Shown piece by piece: positions 12,969-24,700 of a stretch of DNA of 64,000 nucleotides. Below the pieces are notes generated by a model. The model had not been told where the DNA came from. It did no database searches and saw nothing but the letters and a program-made list of their open reading frames with translations. Where the stretch lies: NCBI GenBank assembly GCA_964016885.1, contig OZ024742.1, positions 57,598,001 to 57,662,000 on the forward strand, given 5' to 3'. The translations under genes were made by a program, and so were the position numbers. The DNA is from Eledone cirrhosa (lineage: Eukaryota). Within the stretch, counting starts at the first letter, position 1. Each line of letters opens with the position of its first letter.

Positions 12969-13417
12969 TTCTCCGCAAAACATCAAACAAAAAAATGGAA
13001 TCCTGGATCTTTAAAGTGAGATCGATGCTTTGAAATATTTTAGATATTGATGTTAAATATATACAATTAGTTTAGTAATATCACCTATCACTTGTCACCT
13101 GCCACTTAGAAGATATATCATGACCCTTTATATGATTATGTAATTCACTCATATGCTAAAATTAAAGACGTAAGACCCACCATATGTTAACTTCGGTGAT
13201 TTCTCATTCGAGGTCATTCTCTTATCGATCGATACTATTAGCTACATTTATAGTGAGTACATCCAGGATGATCAGGGGAAATCTATAGGGCATATTTGAA
13301 GAGAAAAAATTTTGATTATTTTAAAGTACAGCTTGGATACAAGAATAAAGTCATACTTCCCATATTTTATGATAAACTCGAACGCAGTATTTCTAGCAAA
13401 AGGCAGTTACTTGAATT

Positions 13418-13708
13418 TTGGAGTGCCACTGGCTTTGTTGTACCAATGGTTTTGTAATACCAATGATTTTGAGTACCAATTGTTTTGGAGTACTATTGGT
13501 TTTGTAGTACTACTGATTTAGAAGAACTACTCAACTTGGTGTTCCAATGGTTTTCGTGTACCACTGGTTTGAGAGTACCAATGGTTTTGGTGTTCCAATG
13601 GTTTTAGTGTTCCACTAGTTTTAGTGTTCCACTGGTTTTGGTGATCCAATGGTTTTGTAGAACCATTAGTTTTGGAGTACCACTGGTTTTGGAGTACCAC
13701 TGGTTTTG
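13418..13708. repeat. Minisatellite, ~17-bp unit GGAGTACCACTGGTTTT, ~17 diverged copies
   Basis: Adjacent perfect units start at 13674 and 13691. Confidence 0.9.
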
Positions 13709-13904
13709 AAATAAGCACCGGCCTGATGAGACTCGGGGCTTTGTTTTCAATTGTGTGTTCAATTGTGACCATAAATTAATTATATCTATTAGGATAAAAC
13801 TGAATCCAATTTTGGAATTGGTGTCTTAGATATTCCCAGAGAAGTTCTAACTGATTTCTAACCTATATATGTGCAGTATCCAGTGTAATAAATTCTTAAT
13901 TTTG

Positions 13905-14100
13905 AAAGACCATAATTTTTGTGAGGTGAGAATTATAAGTCAATTTAATAAAGCATAATATTATTGGTACTTATTTTATGGACCCCAGGGATATGAAAGC
14001 ACAATCATCAATCCCATCAGAGATTTGAACGAAGAAAGTAATAAAGTGATGTAACCAAATACTGTGGAGTATTTAGTCTGTTGTTCTTCTGATTCTGCCA
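13905..14100 (-). mobile_element. Old SINE family 1 copy
   Basis: TTGGTACTTATTTTATGGACCCCAGGGATATGAAAG...GATTTGAAC...GATTCTGCCA. Confidence 0.6.
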
Positions 14101-15689
14101 TCTACAACCATGCAAATAACAATGAGATTTATTATGATCGGTATTTATAATGTAAATAATACTGTCTTGTGAGACCATTCTCTTCTATGAATGTTCTCAA
14201 AGAGGTCTTTTATCAGCGAGAGAGATCTCAAAATTCAATGTTTCTTCTTATGCTTGTCTTATCTTATCAATTGAAAAGGCAACGGATACTTTAGCATTCG
14301 TAGAATAGCAGCCAAACTCTAGGGTTTTTAAAAGACGAATGTGTTGTGGTATGAAATATTTTAGAATACAGAATTAGATTTTGAAATAGTCATTATAGGT
14401 GTGAGAAAGACTTAAAATCTCCAGAGGTTGTTTCTACATACTTCACACTTTTATTTCATAGACAAATATTAACTGCATACACATATCTCTGTCTCATAAC
14501 TACGATTTTCTAAAAAGAAATTAAACTTCAACCCAAGTCAAGAGGAAGAAATATCACTCCCTTGGTGTTTTTATTTATTACCAAAATTCTCTTTCAGTTA
14601 CCGATGAAAATGTCATAAAGTCAATTGTTCAAATGAAATTACTGTACAGTTTATTTATTGTTTATATTATGGAAATGTTGTTAGTGACAGCAGTCTGCAG
14701 AGACCAATGCATCTATTGGAAATCCTATAGCTTTAGGCGACGTATCGAAGTTAGCAAGGAAGTCGCAGAAGCAGTTAATCTGTGGAATCGAATTGTTTAA
14801 AATGTGTTACATAGATTTAGTTGATGGAAATTACATTCAATATTGATTGCTTGTTTTGCAAAACAATAAGGTCGTGTATTGATGTACGAGAGAAACTAAG
14901 ATCATAAAACTTACATATTTTACTCAAACACTTAACCCTTTCCTTACCATATTTCAATGAAGAACACTGTTTATAATTATCAAGCCATTTTGAAAATGAT
15001 AAAGAATTTGAAAGGATTTAGTAACACAACTAACTTTCTCATTATTAAATTGATGTTTGGAACATAACATAATAAAGTTTCCTTCATAAAATTATGATGG
15101 AAGGTTTATAGATAAACATAAATAGATATATTTTCTTTAGGTCGTTAATGCTTCAAGCAAACTTCAATACTCTCTTAAACATAAATACTTTTAAAAGAAC
15201 AAGATTATATTGTATAATCATGATAGGTTTCAGGTCAGTTTGTTGTGGAGAAGATAAATCCCATAACAAAGGTGGCGGGTAGAGGAACGAATTTCAGATA
15301 TGTGAATATATTAAATAAATAATCCTGGGCCAAATCCCAGGTTGCCCTTTGGCAAGGCAGCCACCCGTGCAGGTTTACACAAAGATCTATTTGGGAAGCA
15401 GGAATGATAATTGTGCTGAAAAGTGAACACCGATAAACAGTTGTCTCAGTTTTCAGTGCTTGTTTACCTAGTGGAGGAACCAATCATCAGGTCAACTGTA
15501 GTAGAACTCTGCCTCCATCAGAGAGGCACTGCACCTGTGAGAGTTCTAGAAAGTTATCACAGTATTGCTGCTAATAGAAAACATGACTGGTACAAACAAC
15601 AGCTCCAAGGTGAGAGCCCGTGATTTTCATGGGGGGAGGGGGGGCAGTTAATATCAAATGGGTTATGATGGTATATATACAATTAGTAA

Positions 15690-15918
15690 TGACGGACGCG
15701 AGAACGAGTACTCGATACCATAGTAGAGATGAATATATTCTTTATTAAAGCCAAGCTTGATTCTTATTACACAGAGAAAGCTCCACAGAAATAGGTCCCA
15801 ACCTTGGCCATAGTAAAGAATGTGTGTGTGTGGGGGGGGGGGGGGGGGGGGTTATACTATTTATGTTAGATGGTTTAACTAATGGGTAAATCTAGTCATT
15901 CCGATTAGCAGACCGTCA
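15690..15918. mobile_element. Possible LTR-like or terminal-inverted-repeat fragment
   Basis: Starts TGACGGACGC, ends GCAGACCGTCA (TG...CA, TGACGG/CCGTCA inverted ends), with internal TTTATT. No target-site duplication seen. Confidence 0.3.
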
Positions 15919-16539
15919 TGCAATAATAAAAATCATCGTAGATGTGGTATCTCGTGGTTGGTGCAGGAACGGAGTTAAATGATTCAATGAAAAAAGAAAG
16001 CCATATTCCAAATATTCCTTTAATGTTGCAAAATCATGATATGGTTGACAGACCCACATCATTAGATCATGACGTAAGACATGTGGAGACGTCTTCAGGT
16101 GTAATTCACATAAACGATTTAGAGGTGAAGTAATCAATAACTGGATTTCGGCAAAATATAAACAAAGAATTTATACGAAGGCGGTCCATCGGTCGATGAG
16201 ATCTCAGTGACAGACGGCCTCCATATGCCACACACTCGACAATTCTATGCATTGTGAAATCGAGCCAAATTGTTTGATGTATTTAACAAAGACTGGGAGC
16301 GCTATATAGTCAGTGGTGGTTGTGCTAGTCCTTGGTCGAAAGCCAAGCGTAGCCTGACGGTAAATCTCTTAAAGAGTATAGCGTTATAAAACTTTAGAGT
16401 TTATAAAGACAGTAAAAATGAAGAATCCAGTGATAAATAATTATAATTATATATACACAGGTAAATGAAACAATATCAATATTATTGTGAAGATTAACCT
16501 GCTGTCTATTTTAGAGGGGAAGGACAGGCAGTTTTTATC

Positions 16540-16990
16540 TGCCAGGAGGCCATTGCAAAAGAGGCAGAGCGGTGAACGCGCTTGAAAGGGTTGAAGACAA
16601 GCACTTTCTTCTTCAGCGAAGCCCCGATTAACTTGAAGAAAAAATCAGGGTAGCTAGGGAAATGCTGCCTTCCAACCAGTTTGTTGAAAGATGGGTGTGA
16701 GAGGTGAGCATGGTTCGTGTGAATGGGCTTCTCTGAGTATGCGCCCGTAAATTGGAGGAGGACAACTGTGAAAGGGCACTTATCCTAGCGGTCGTGGTTA
16801 CCGTGGCTTATTATGGGTTTTCTCTATGAATGACCCTCAGGGGTCACTTTAGGAGAACTTGTTATGTTTTGATTTTTTTAATGTTTATTTTCTTAGTCTT
16901 TGTTATAAACCTTTCTCTCACACAAAAAGGCCACACTATACCGTCCTGTACTGTCTTTATTGTTTTCTTAATGTAAGCCCTGTGGGGCTA
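16540..16990 (+). mobile_element. Decayed 3' end of a Tx1-like LINE (ORF2 C-terminus and 3'UTR), family distinct from the 56-64 kb elements
   Basis: Broken translation AIAKEA..*TRLKGLKTSTF..KIRVAREML..QFVERWV..VSMVRVNG matches the C-terminus of the ORF2 at 62380-62600. Confidence 0.8.
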
Positions 16991-16995
16991 CAAGG

Positions 16996-17564
16996 TGCAG
17001 GGTCCATGGATAACGCCGTCTGCTGGGCCTGTTCGAGATGTACGCCGGGTAACGAAACCGTCCTGCACGCATTCATTGAGTGTCCGTGTATTGCTGGCTT
17101 GTAGGTTTATGTCAAACACCTACTGTCGCTTGTGGGACGGATCCGACTATCAACTAAGTCCAGCTTTTATCTGCTTGGTGGACATGGTGAAAGAGGTCGT
17201 GTGGTGGACGCGCGCTTCAAACGTTTGAAGACTAGCACTTTCCTCTTCGGTAAAGCCTTAATTAACTTTTTCAGGTTTCACCTGAAGAGAAATATCAGGG
17301 TGGAGAGGGAAATGCCTGTAAATTGGAGAACAACTGAGTGAGGGAACTTGCCCAATCGGTCAAAGTTGCCATGGATTTTGTGGGCTTTCTCAATGAGTAA
17401 CCATCTGAGGTATCCCCACTTTTAGGGAATATGTTATGTTTTGTTTTAAATGTTTATTTTTTAGTCTTCTTTATAAATATTTCCCTCACACAAAAAACCC
17501 ACACTGTACTGTCCTGTGCCGTCCTTATTGTCCTCTTAATGTAAGCCCGTTAATAAAGAAAACA
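16996..17564 (+). mobile_element. Second decayed, internally deleted Tx1-like 3' fragment, tandem with the first
   Basis: GSMDN, CSRC..NETVLHAFIEC zinc finger, VGRIRLST, MVKEVVWWTR, LINFFRFHLKRNIRVEREM. The 3'UTR at 17432-17548 is homologous to 16860-16980 and ends AATAAAGAAAAC. Confidence 0.85.
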
Positions 17565-17574
17565 TTATTATTAC

Positions 17575-17782
17575 TTGACAGTATCGATAGAGCGTCGGAC
17601 AACATGCTTTGCAGCATAGAGTTTGCGTTCTGAATTCAAATCCCGCCGAGGTTAGCTTTGCCTTTCATCTGTACGGAGTCAATAAAATAAAGCACCAGAT
17701 ATGCACTGGGGTCGATTTAATCGACTTTCCCCTCTCCCCAAATTGCTGGCCTTGTGCCTATAATAGAAATAATTATTATTAT
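17575..17782 (+). mobile_element. SINE family 1 copy
   Basis: AGAGCGTCGGACAAC...TTCAAATCCCGCCGAGG...GCCTTTCATC...GGCCTTGTGCC..AGAAATAATTATT. Confidence 0.85.
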
Positions 17783-17977
17783 TTACCACTTGTTTCCTCG
17801 TTTTTAAAATATTTCTAAACTCTATAAGAGATTCACTTTAAGAGATTCACTGTCACGCTACGCTGGTTTTCGGTCACGGACTCCTTAACCCCACGTCCAT
17901 GTCTGGATCTACATTTCACACATAGTTTTACTCAAAAACTGTTGTCCTCAACTGGAGACCATTTGTAATGTGGTATA

Positions 17978-18362
17978 AACACACACACACGCTCAAACAT
18001 ACACATACACACAATCTTAAGCACTTCAGTTCACACAAAAACACACACTAATACACGCAAACACACACCAATACACGCAAACAAACAAGCACACACACAT
18101 ACACACACAAACACACACAAACATACACACATAAAGAATCACACACACTCACACACAAACACATTCAAATAAGCAGACCCATGAACACACAACACAAACA
18201 CAAACACTCACACAAACACAAACACCCACATGCATACACAAACACACGCAAACAAGTACACCCATACATACAGAAACACACATACACACATACACACGCA
18301 AACAAGCACTCCCATACACACAGACATACATAAACACATGCGTCACACAGAAATACGCATAC
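17978..18362. repeat. Degenerate (CA)n tract
   Basis: Read directly. Confidence 0.85.
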
Positions 18363-18387
18363 GCTTAGAGACTAATTTGTCTTTTAT

Positions 18388-18508
18388 TTCCCGCCGAGGT
18401 TAATTTTCCCTTTCATCCTTCCGGGGTCAATAATATAAAGTACCAGTAATGCACTGGGGTAATTGCTAGCCTTGTGCCAAAAGTAGAAACAATTATTTCT
18501 GTTATTAT
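18388..18508 (+). mobile_element. 5'-truncated SINE family 1 copy
   Basis: TCCCGCCGAGGTTAA..TTTCATCCTTCCGGGGTCAATAA..AGTACCAG. Confidence 0.8.
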
Positions 18509-19187
18509 TTAGCATAGGATCTCCTCTGACCAAATAGGCATATTATCAAAATGGTTCGAACCAGGGCCATCTCGTTATTTTCTTGTTAAAAAATGGTAGA
18601 GGTATATTAAAGAATGTTTAGCTGCTGTTTCTAGCTGGTAGAGCGACCGCATATTGAGTTTTCTAGTTCCGCGTTCAAAAATCAGTAGCCTAACAGCCAA
18701 GAAAACCGTGGTTGTCTCCCTTATATCGGTTATCAGTTCGTAGTTTCCGCACAATCAAAAATCTGTCCGTAACTATTAGTTACCTTCAGTTTGATATTAA
18801 TGTTTTAACGGCCACAGTAGTGTACCGATGTTGCAATTTCTATTGATTCTCTGGTCCGACTACTCTCTCTACCTCACATATTAAGTGATTCGCATCTAAA
18901 TTATAAATAATTATTCAATTTGTGATGGGCAGCTCGACTTACTGAAGTATCAGGCAGTGATCGTGGAGTGTTTGGCTATTCCAGCAACTCAGCCTCGCTA
19001 TCACTCACAGTAATGCCGTCAGTATTTAATAACACGATTCCCTGTGTTAGTGCGTATGTTTTCTCCCTTTTTCCCTCTCTAATACCTTTTTTCTTGGTTT
19101 CTTTTTTTTTTCTTTTTTTTTTGGTATATCATTAGTTTTTGATAAATAAATTGTTGTAAGTTGAACATTGTGAGGGAACGTCTACTT

Positions 19188-19422
19188 ATGTGTTGTGTAT
19201 GGTACTCGGGTATTTTATGGTACACCTATAAGATGTTTCACGATACACCTGTGTGCTGTGTAAGGTACACAGGTGTGTCACGATACACCTGTGTGTTGTG
19301 TATAGTACACAGGTGTACCACGATACACCAGTGTGTCGTATATGGTACACGGGCGTTCTACTGTACATTTTCTTTTTCTGTATGGTACACAGTAGTGCTA
19401 TACTATATCTGTATGGTATATA
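19188..19422. repeat. 40-bp minisatellite (~5-6 copies) with an internal inverted repeat
   Basis: (G/A)GTACAC recurs at 19264, 19304, 19344 and 19384. ACACAGGTGT-8nt-ACACCTGTGT at 19267-19294. Confidence 0.85.
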
Positions 19423-19606
19423 TAGTGGAAAAGAGTGATTGTCTGGGCGCGCGTATTTCAGCTATTCAATTTATCCTAAATCTTTAACTGATCTCTAGCC
19501 TCGGTCAATGCTAGCATCTTCAATTTAGGGTGAAACTACATTCAATCTCGAAAATATACACTTTCTTTTATTCTTTCTATCTATCTATCTTCCTTTATTT
19601 ATTTCT

Positions 19607-19648
19607 ATTGTCCCCTTCTTTTGTGCCCCTGTGGCTAATAAAGAAACA
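19607..19648 (+). mobile_element. 42-bp, extremely 5'-truncated insertion of the GATA-associated Tx1 LINE, with a 29-bp target-site duplication
   Basis: TTGTCCCCTTCTTTTGTGCCCCTGTGGCTAATAAAGAAACA matches the 3' termini at 55896 and 62141 (minus strand). Identical flanks TATCTATCTATCTTCCTTTATTTATTTCT at 19578-19606 and 19649-19677. Confidence 0.92.
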
Positions 19649-20094
19649 TATCTATCTATCTTCCTTTATTTATTTCTTACTTTCTTCCATCGTTTCTTTC
19701 CTCCCTCCTTCTTTTCTTTAGTTTCTCTCGTTCTTTCCTTCCTCCTTCCTTTCTTTAGTTTCTCTGGTTCTTTCATTATAGATTACATAACCTATCACTG
19801 CCAAATACCACTTTAGTAAACATTACATATTCGTGACCAGGACTTCGTAGCCAGATTCGTCGTTCATTCCACGAAGGACGATTTAACTGATGTTTCTTGC
19901 AGGTCGAATAAGTGGATTAATGTTCTGTCGTTGGCTCATATATGTACCGGTAATGTATGTATGTATGTATGATCCCGTAACTCCTGGTAGAGTCGTGGAG
20001 CGCCATGTTGATATACGGCGTTTCATGGGCATTTTAAGCTTGGCGGAGCCCACCCCTCTCCGGGCCTGAGTACAGCAGATTTCTTCCAGAGAGA

Positions 20095-20259
20095 GAGAGA
20101 CAATCGACCCTAGCATTAGACTGGTACTTTTTTACGAGCTCGAGGGGGTGAAAGGCAAAGTTGACCTCGGTGGGATTTGAGCTCAGAGAGCAGAGAATCG
20201 GAACGAATACCATAATGTATTCTATCCGACGTTCCAACGATTCTGCCAATTCGCCGCCT
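20095..20259 (-). mobile_element. SINE family 1 copy including the 5' head
   Basis: CTGGTACTTT...TGAAAGGCAAAGTTGACCTCGGTGGGATTTGAGCTCAG...AACGATTCTGCCAATTCGCCGCC. Confidence 0.85.
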
Positions 20260-20379
20260 GTATCGGTAATAGACTAAGGTTAATTCAATTGTGTAGACTC
20301 CTCCCTTGAAAACACGTTTTGTTCTTACGCCTCATGTAAAAGAAAGCAAAATTCCCACCATTAAGTATTGATTGAGAAG

Positions 20380-20600
20380 ATGCGTTTCTTAGTAGTTAGG
20401 GTGTTGGACTTACGATCATAATGACGTCGGTTCGATTCCTGGACCGGGTGGTGCGTGGTGTTCTTGAGCAAAACACTTCATTTCACGTTGCTCCAGTATA
20501 CTCAGCTGAAAATGAGTACCAGCAGCAACTGGGGGTGAGGGTTAATCCTGTGATGGACTGGCGTCCTGTCTCAGTCGCTTAACGCCGTTGGAACCAGGAT
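20380..20600 (+). mobile_element. tRNA-derived SINE, family 3 (CORE-like followed by a Nin/Deu-like segment)
   Basis: A-box TAGTAGTTAGG, B-box GGTTCGATTCC, TGTTCTTGAGCAAAACACTT, CTCAGCTGAAAATGAGTACC, CCTGTGATGGACTGGCGTCC. Domain names are from recall. Confidence 0.7.
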
Positions 20601-21334
20601 AAATATTGATAGTTGTAATTTTATGGAGGTGTGTACCTTTTGAATATCAACATGCTGTATACTTTACAGAAAATAGTGAGTAACTGGAAGGTGGCGGAGA
20701 CAGCATCTCCGTTAACCTCATTTCTGCCATTACAGTAACGCCATCTTCGTGGAATGTGTTGAAATAATGGATATGTCCTAATGGAACAAGTTTAAATCAT
20801 CGATCACATTGATGAATAATGTAACAGTTTCTATCCATTAAGTCAAAGAACACTGATTAATGTATTCGTTGCACAACTTATGATTGAGGACGCAATTTCT
20901 TTTTCTTCCTTTTTTTCTTTTTCTTTCTTTTTTTTTTGTTTCATTCTGAGCGAGATTTTCCGTAATACTCATACGTCATGAAAAATTGGCTACAATAGAA
21001 GACAAGAAACTACAGCAATGATTAACATCTCCCTAAATGAAAATGTTATAGTCATAGTTAACTCTTGACATCCTGTATCACATGAAACCACATTAACTCT
21101 AGAAAAGTACAAAACATCTACTATGACTTAATCCCGTTAAAAATGAAACTCTTTAGTTTACTGTAAATTTTCGCAACTATCAGTCCATTAGTAAAGATAC
21201 TAAAACATTTGAAAAAACAAACACATTTTTAGTTACTTTCTGATGAATCATTACAGGATGTCAAGAAATAAAAGGTATTTTTTCATTCATTCAAATATTT
21301 TTCTTTTTGATTCCTTGTTTTATTTTCTTGCTTT

Positions 21335-21431
21335 ATGTGCGTGTGTGACGCTGTGTGTGTCTGTGTATGTGAGAGAGAGTGTGCTTCTATGCATGCGCGT
21401 GTCTGAATGCGCGCGTGTCTGAGTGTGTGTT

Positions 21432-21485
<54 letters not shown>

Positions 21486-21660
21486 TCTCTCTCTCTCTGT
21501 GTGCCTATATGTGTGTGTGCCTCTATGTGTGTGTGCGTGCGTGCGTATATGTGTGTGTGTGTATGTATGTGTGCCTCTGTGTGTGTGTGTGTGCCTCTCT
21601 GTGTGTATATGTGCCTCTGTGTGTGTGCGTGTGTCACAATTCAGAAAGAATACGTGTGTG
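21335..21660. repeat. (TG)n-rich tract
   Basis: Read directly. Confidence 0.9.
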
Positions 21661-21716
21661 AATATAAATAGTAATAAAACTTTATACCACATGAACAACT
21701 CTTTCAATTTAACATA

Positions 21717-24700
21717 AGGTTAGATTGTATTGCAACAACACTAGACACATTACTTTATATTTAGGAGGAGGTTACAGTGTATTATACCGTCACTAGACAC
21801 AGTACTTTATATTTAGTAGGTTACAGTGTATTATACCGTCACTAGACACAAAAATTTATATTTAGGAGGAGGTTACAGTGTATTATACCGTCACTAGACA
21901 CAGTACTTTATATTTAGTAGGAGGTTACAGTGTATTATACCGTCACTAGAAACAGTACTTTATATCTAGTTGGAGGTTACAGTGTATTATACCGTCACTA
22001 GACACAGTACATTATATCTAGGAGGAGGTTACAGTGTATTATACCGTCACTAGACACAGTACTTTATATTTAGGAGGAGGTTACAGTGTATTATACCGTC
22101 ACTAGACACAGTACTTTATATTTAGGAGGAGGTTACAGTGTATTATACCGTCACTAGACACAGTACTTTATATTTAGGAGGAGGTTACAGTGTATTATAC
22201 CGACACTAGACACAGTACTTTATATTTAGGAGGAGGTTACAGTGTATTATACCGTCACTAGACACAGTACTTTATATTTAGGAGGAGGTTACAGTGTATT
22301 ACTACGACACTAGACACAGTACTTTATATTTAGGAGGAGGTTACAGTGTATTATACCGTCACTAGACACAGTACTTTATATTTAGGAGGAGGTTACAGTG
22401 TATTATACCGTCACTAGACACAGTACTTTATATTTAGGAGGAGGTTGCAGTATATTATGCCGTCACTAGACACAGTACTTTATATATAGTAGGTTACAGT
22501 GTATTATACCGTCACTAGACACAGTACTTTATATTTAGGAGGAGGTTACGGTGTATTATACCGACACTAGACACAGTACTTTATATTTAGGAGGAGGTTG
22601 CAGTATATTATGCCGTCACTAGACACAGTACTTTATATGTAGTAGGTTACAGAGTATTATACCGTTACTAGACAGAGTAATTTGTATTTAGGAGGTTACT
22701 GTGTATTATACTGTCACTAGAGACAGTACTTTATATCTAGGAGGAGGTTACAGTGTATTATGCCGTCACTAGACACAGTACGTTATATCTAGGAGTAGGT
22801 TACAGTGTATTATACCGTCACTAGACGCAGTAATTTGTATTTAGGAGGTTACAGTGTATTATACCGTCACTAGACACAGTAATTTGGATTTAGGAGGAGG
22901 TTACAGTGTATTATACCGTCACTGGACACAGTACTTTATATCTAGGAGGAGGTTACAGTGTATTATACCGTCACTAGACACAGTACTTTATATCTAGGAG
23001 GAGGTTACAGTGTATTATACCGTCACTGGACACAGTACTTTATATCTAGGAGGAGGTTACAGTGTATTATACCGTCACTAGACACAGTACATTATATCTA
23101 GGAGGAGGTTACAGTGTATTATACCGACACTAGACACAGTACATTATATCTAGGAGGAGGTTACAGTGTATTATACCGTCACTAGACACAGTATTTTATA
23201 TCTAGGAAGAGGTTACAGTGTATTATACCGTCACTAGACACAGTACTTTAGATTCAGGAGGAGGTTACGGTGTATTATACCGACACTAGACACAGTACTT
23301 TATATTTAGGAGGAGGTTGCAGTATATTATGCCGTCACTAGACAGAGTACTTTATATTTAGTAGGTTACAGTGTATTATACCGTCACTAGACACAGTAAT
23401 TTGTATTTAGGAGGTTACTGTGTATTATACCGTCACTAGACACAGTACTTTATATCTAGGAGTAGGTTACAATGTATTATACCGTCACTAGACACAGTAA
23501 TTTGTATTTAGGAGGTTACAGTGTATTATACCGTCACTAGACATAGTAATTTGTATTTAGGAGGTTACTGTGTATTATACCGTCACTAGACACAGTACTT
23601 TATACCTAGGAGTAGGTTACAGTGTATTATACCGTCACTAGACACAGTAATTTGTATTTAGGAGGTTACAGTGTATTATACCGTCACTAGACACAGAACT
23701 TTATATCTAGGAGGGGGTTACAGTGTATTATACCGTAGTTTATATTTAGGAGGAGGTTACAGTATATTATACCGTCACTAAACACAGTACTTTATAGTTA
23801 GGAGGTTACAGTGTATTTTACCGACACTAGACACAGTACTTTATATCTAGGAGGAGGTTACAGTGTATTATACCGTCACTAGACACGGTACTTTAGATTT
23901 AGGAGGTTACAGTGTATTATAATGTCACTAGACACAATACTTTATAGTTGGGATGAGGTTACAGTGTATTATACCTTCACTAGACACAATACTTTATAGT
24001 TAGGAGGAGGTTACAGTGTATTATACCGTCACTAGACACAGTATATTATATCTAGGAGGAGGGTACAGAGTATTATACCGTCACTAGACAAAGTAATTTA
24101 TATTTAGGAGGAGGTTACAGTGTATTATACCGTCACTAGACACAGTACATTATATCTAGGAGGAGGTTACAGTGTATTATACCGTCACTAGACACAGTAC
24201 TTTATATTTAGGAGGAGGTTACAGTGTATTATACCGTCACTAGACACAGTACTTTATATTTAGGAGGAGGTTACAGTGTATTATACCGTCACTAGACACA
24301 GTACTTTATATTTAGGAGGAGGTTACAGTGTATTATACCGACACTAGACACAGTACTTTATATTTAGGAGGAGGTTACAGTGTATTATACCGTCACTAGA
24401 CACAGTACTTTATATTTAGGAGGAGGTTACGGTGTATTATACCGATACTAGACACAGTACTTTATATTTAGGAGGAGGTTACAGTGTATTATACCGTCAC
24501 TAGACACAGTACTTTATATTTAGGAGGAGGTTACAGTGTATTACTACGACACTAGACACAGTACTTTATATTTAGGAGGAGGTTACAGTGTATTATACCG
24601 TCACTAGACACAGTACTTTATATTTAGGAGGAGGTTACAGTGTATTATACCGTCACTAGACACAGTACTTTATATTTAGGAGGAGGTTGCAGTATATTAT

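Noticed and set aside
13722-13745. CTGATGAG hammerhead first box (also CTGATGA at ~21240)
   Set aside because: No properly placed GAAA box or closing stems.
18943-19042. Possible minus-strand exon (CTAACACAG| ... TCA|GTAAGT)
   Set aside because: Stops in all three frames and no polypyrimidine tract. Cannot be supported without RNA data.
20385-20450. tRNA gene (also at ~9040-9095)
   Set aside because: A and B boxes are present, but there is no closing acceptor stem and the sequence continues into a SINE body.
21741-21800. AGGAGG (Shine-Dalgarno-like), minus-strand TATAAT and CACAGTA/TACAGTG (RSS heptamer-like) motifs in the satellite monomer
   Set aside because: No downstream start codon or ORF, no correctly spaced -35 box, and no nonamer at 12/23 spacing. 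Short chance matches.
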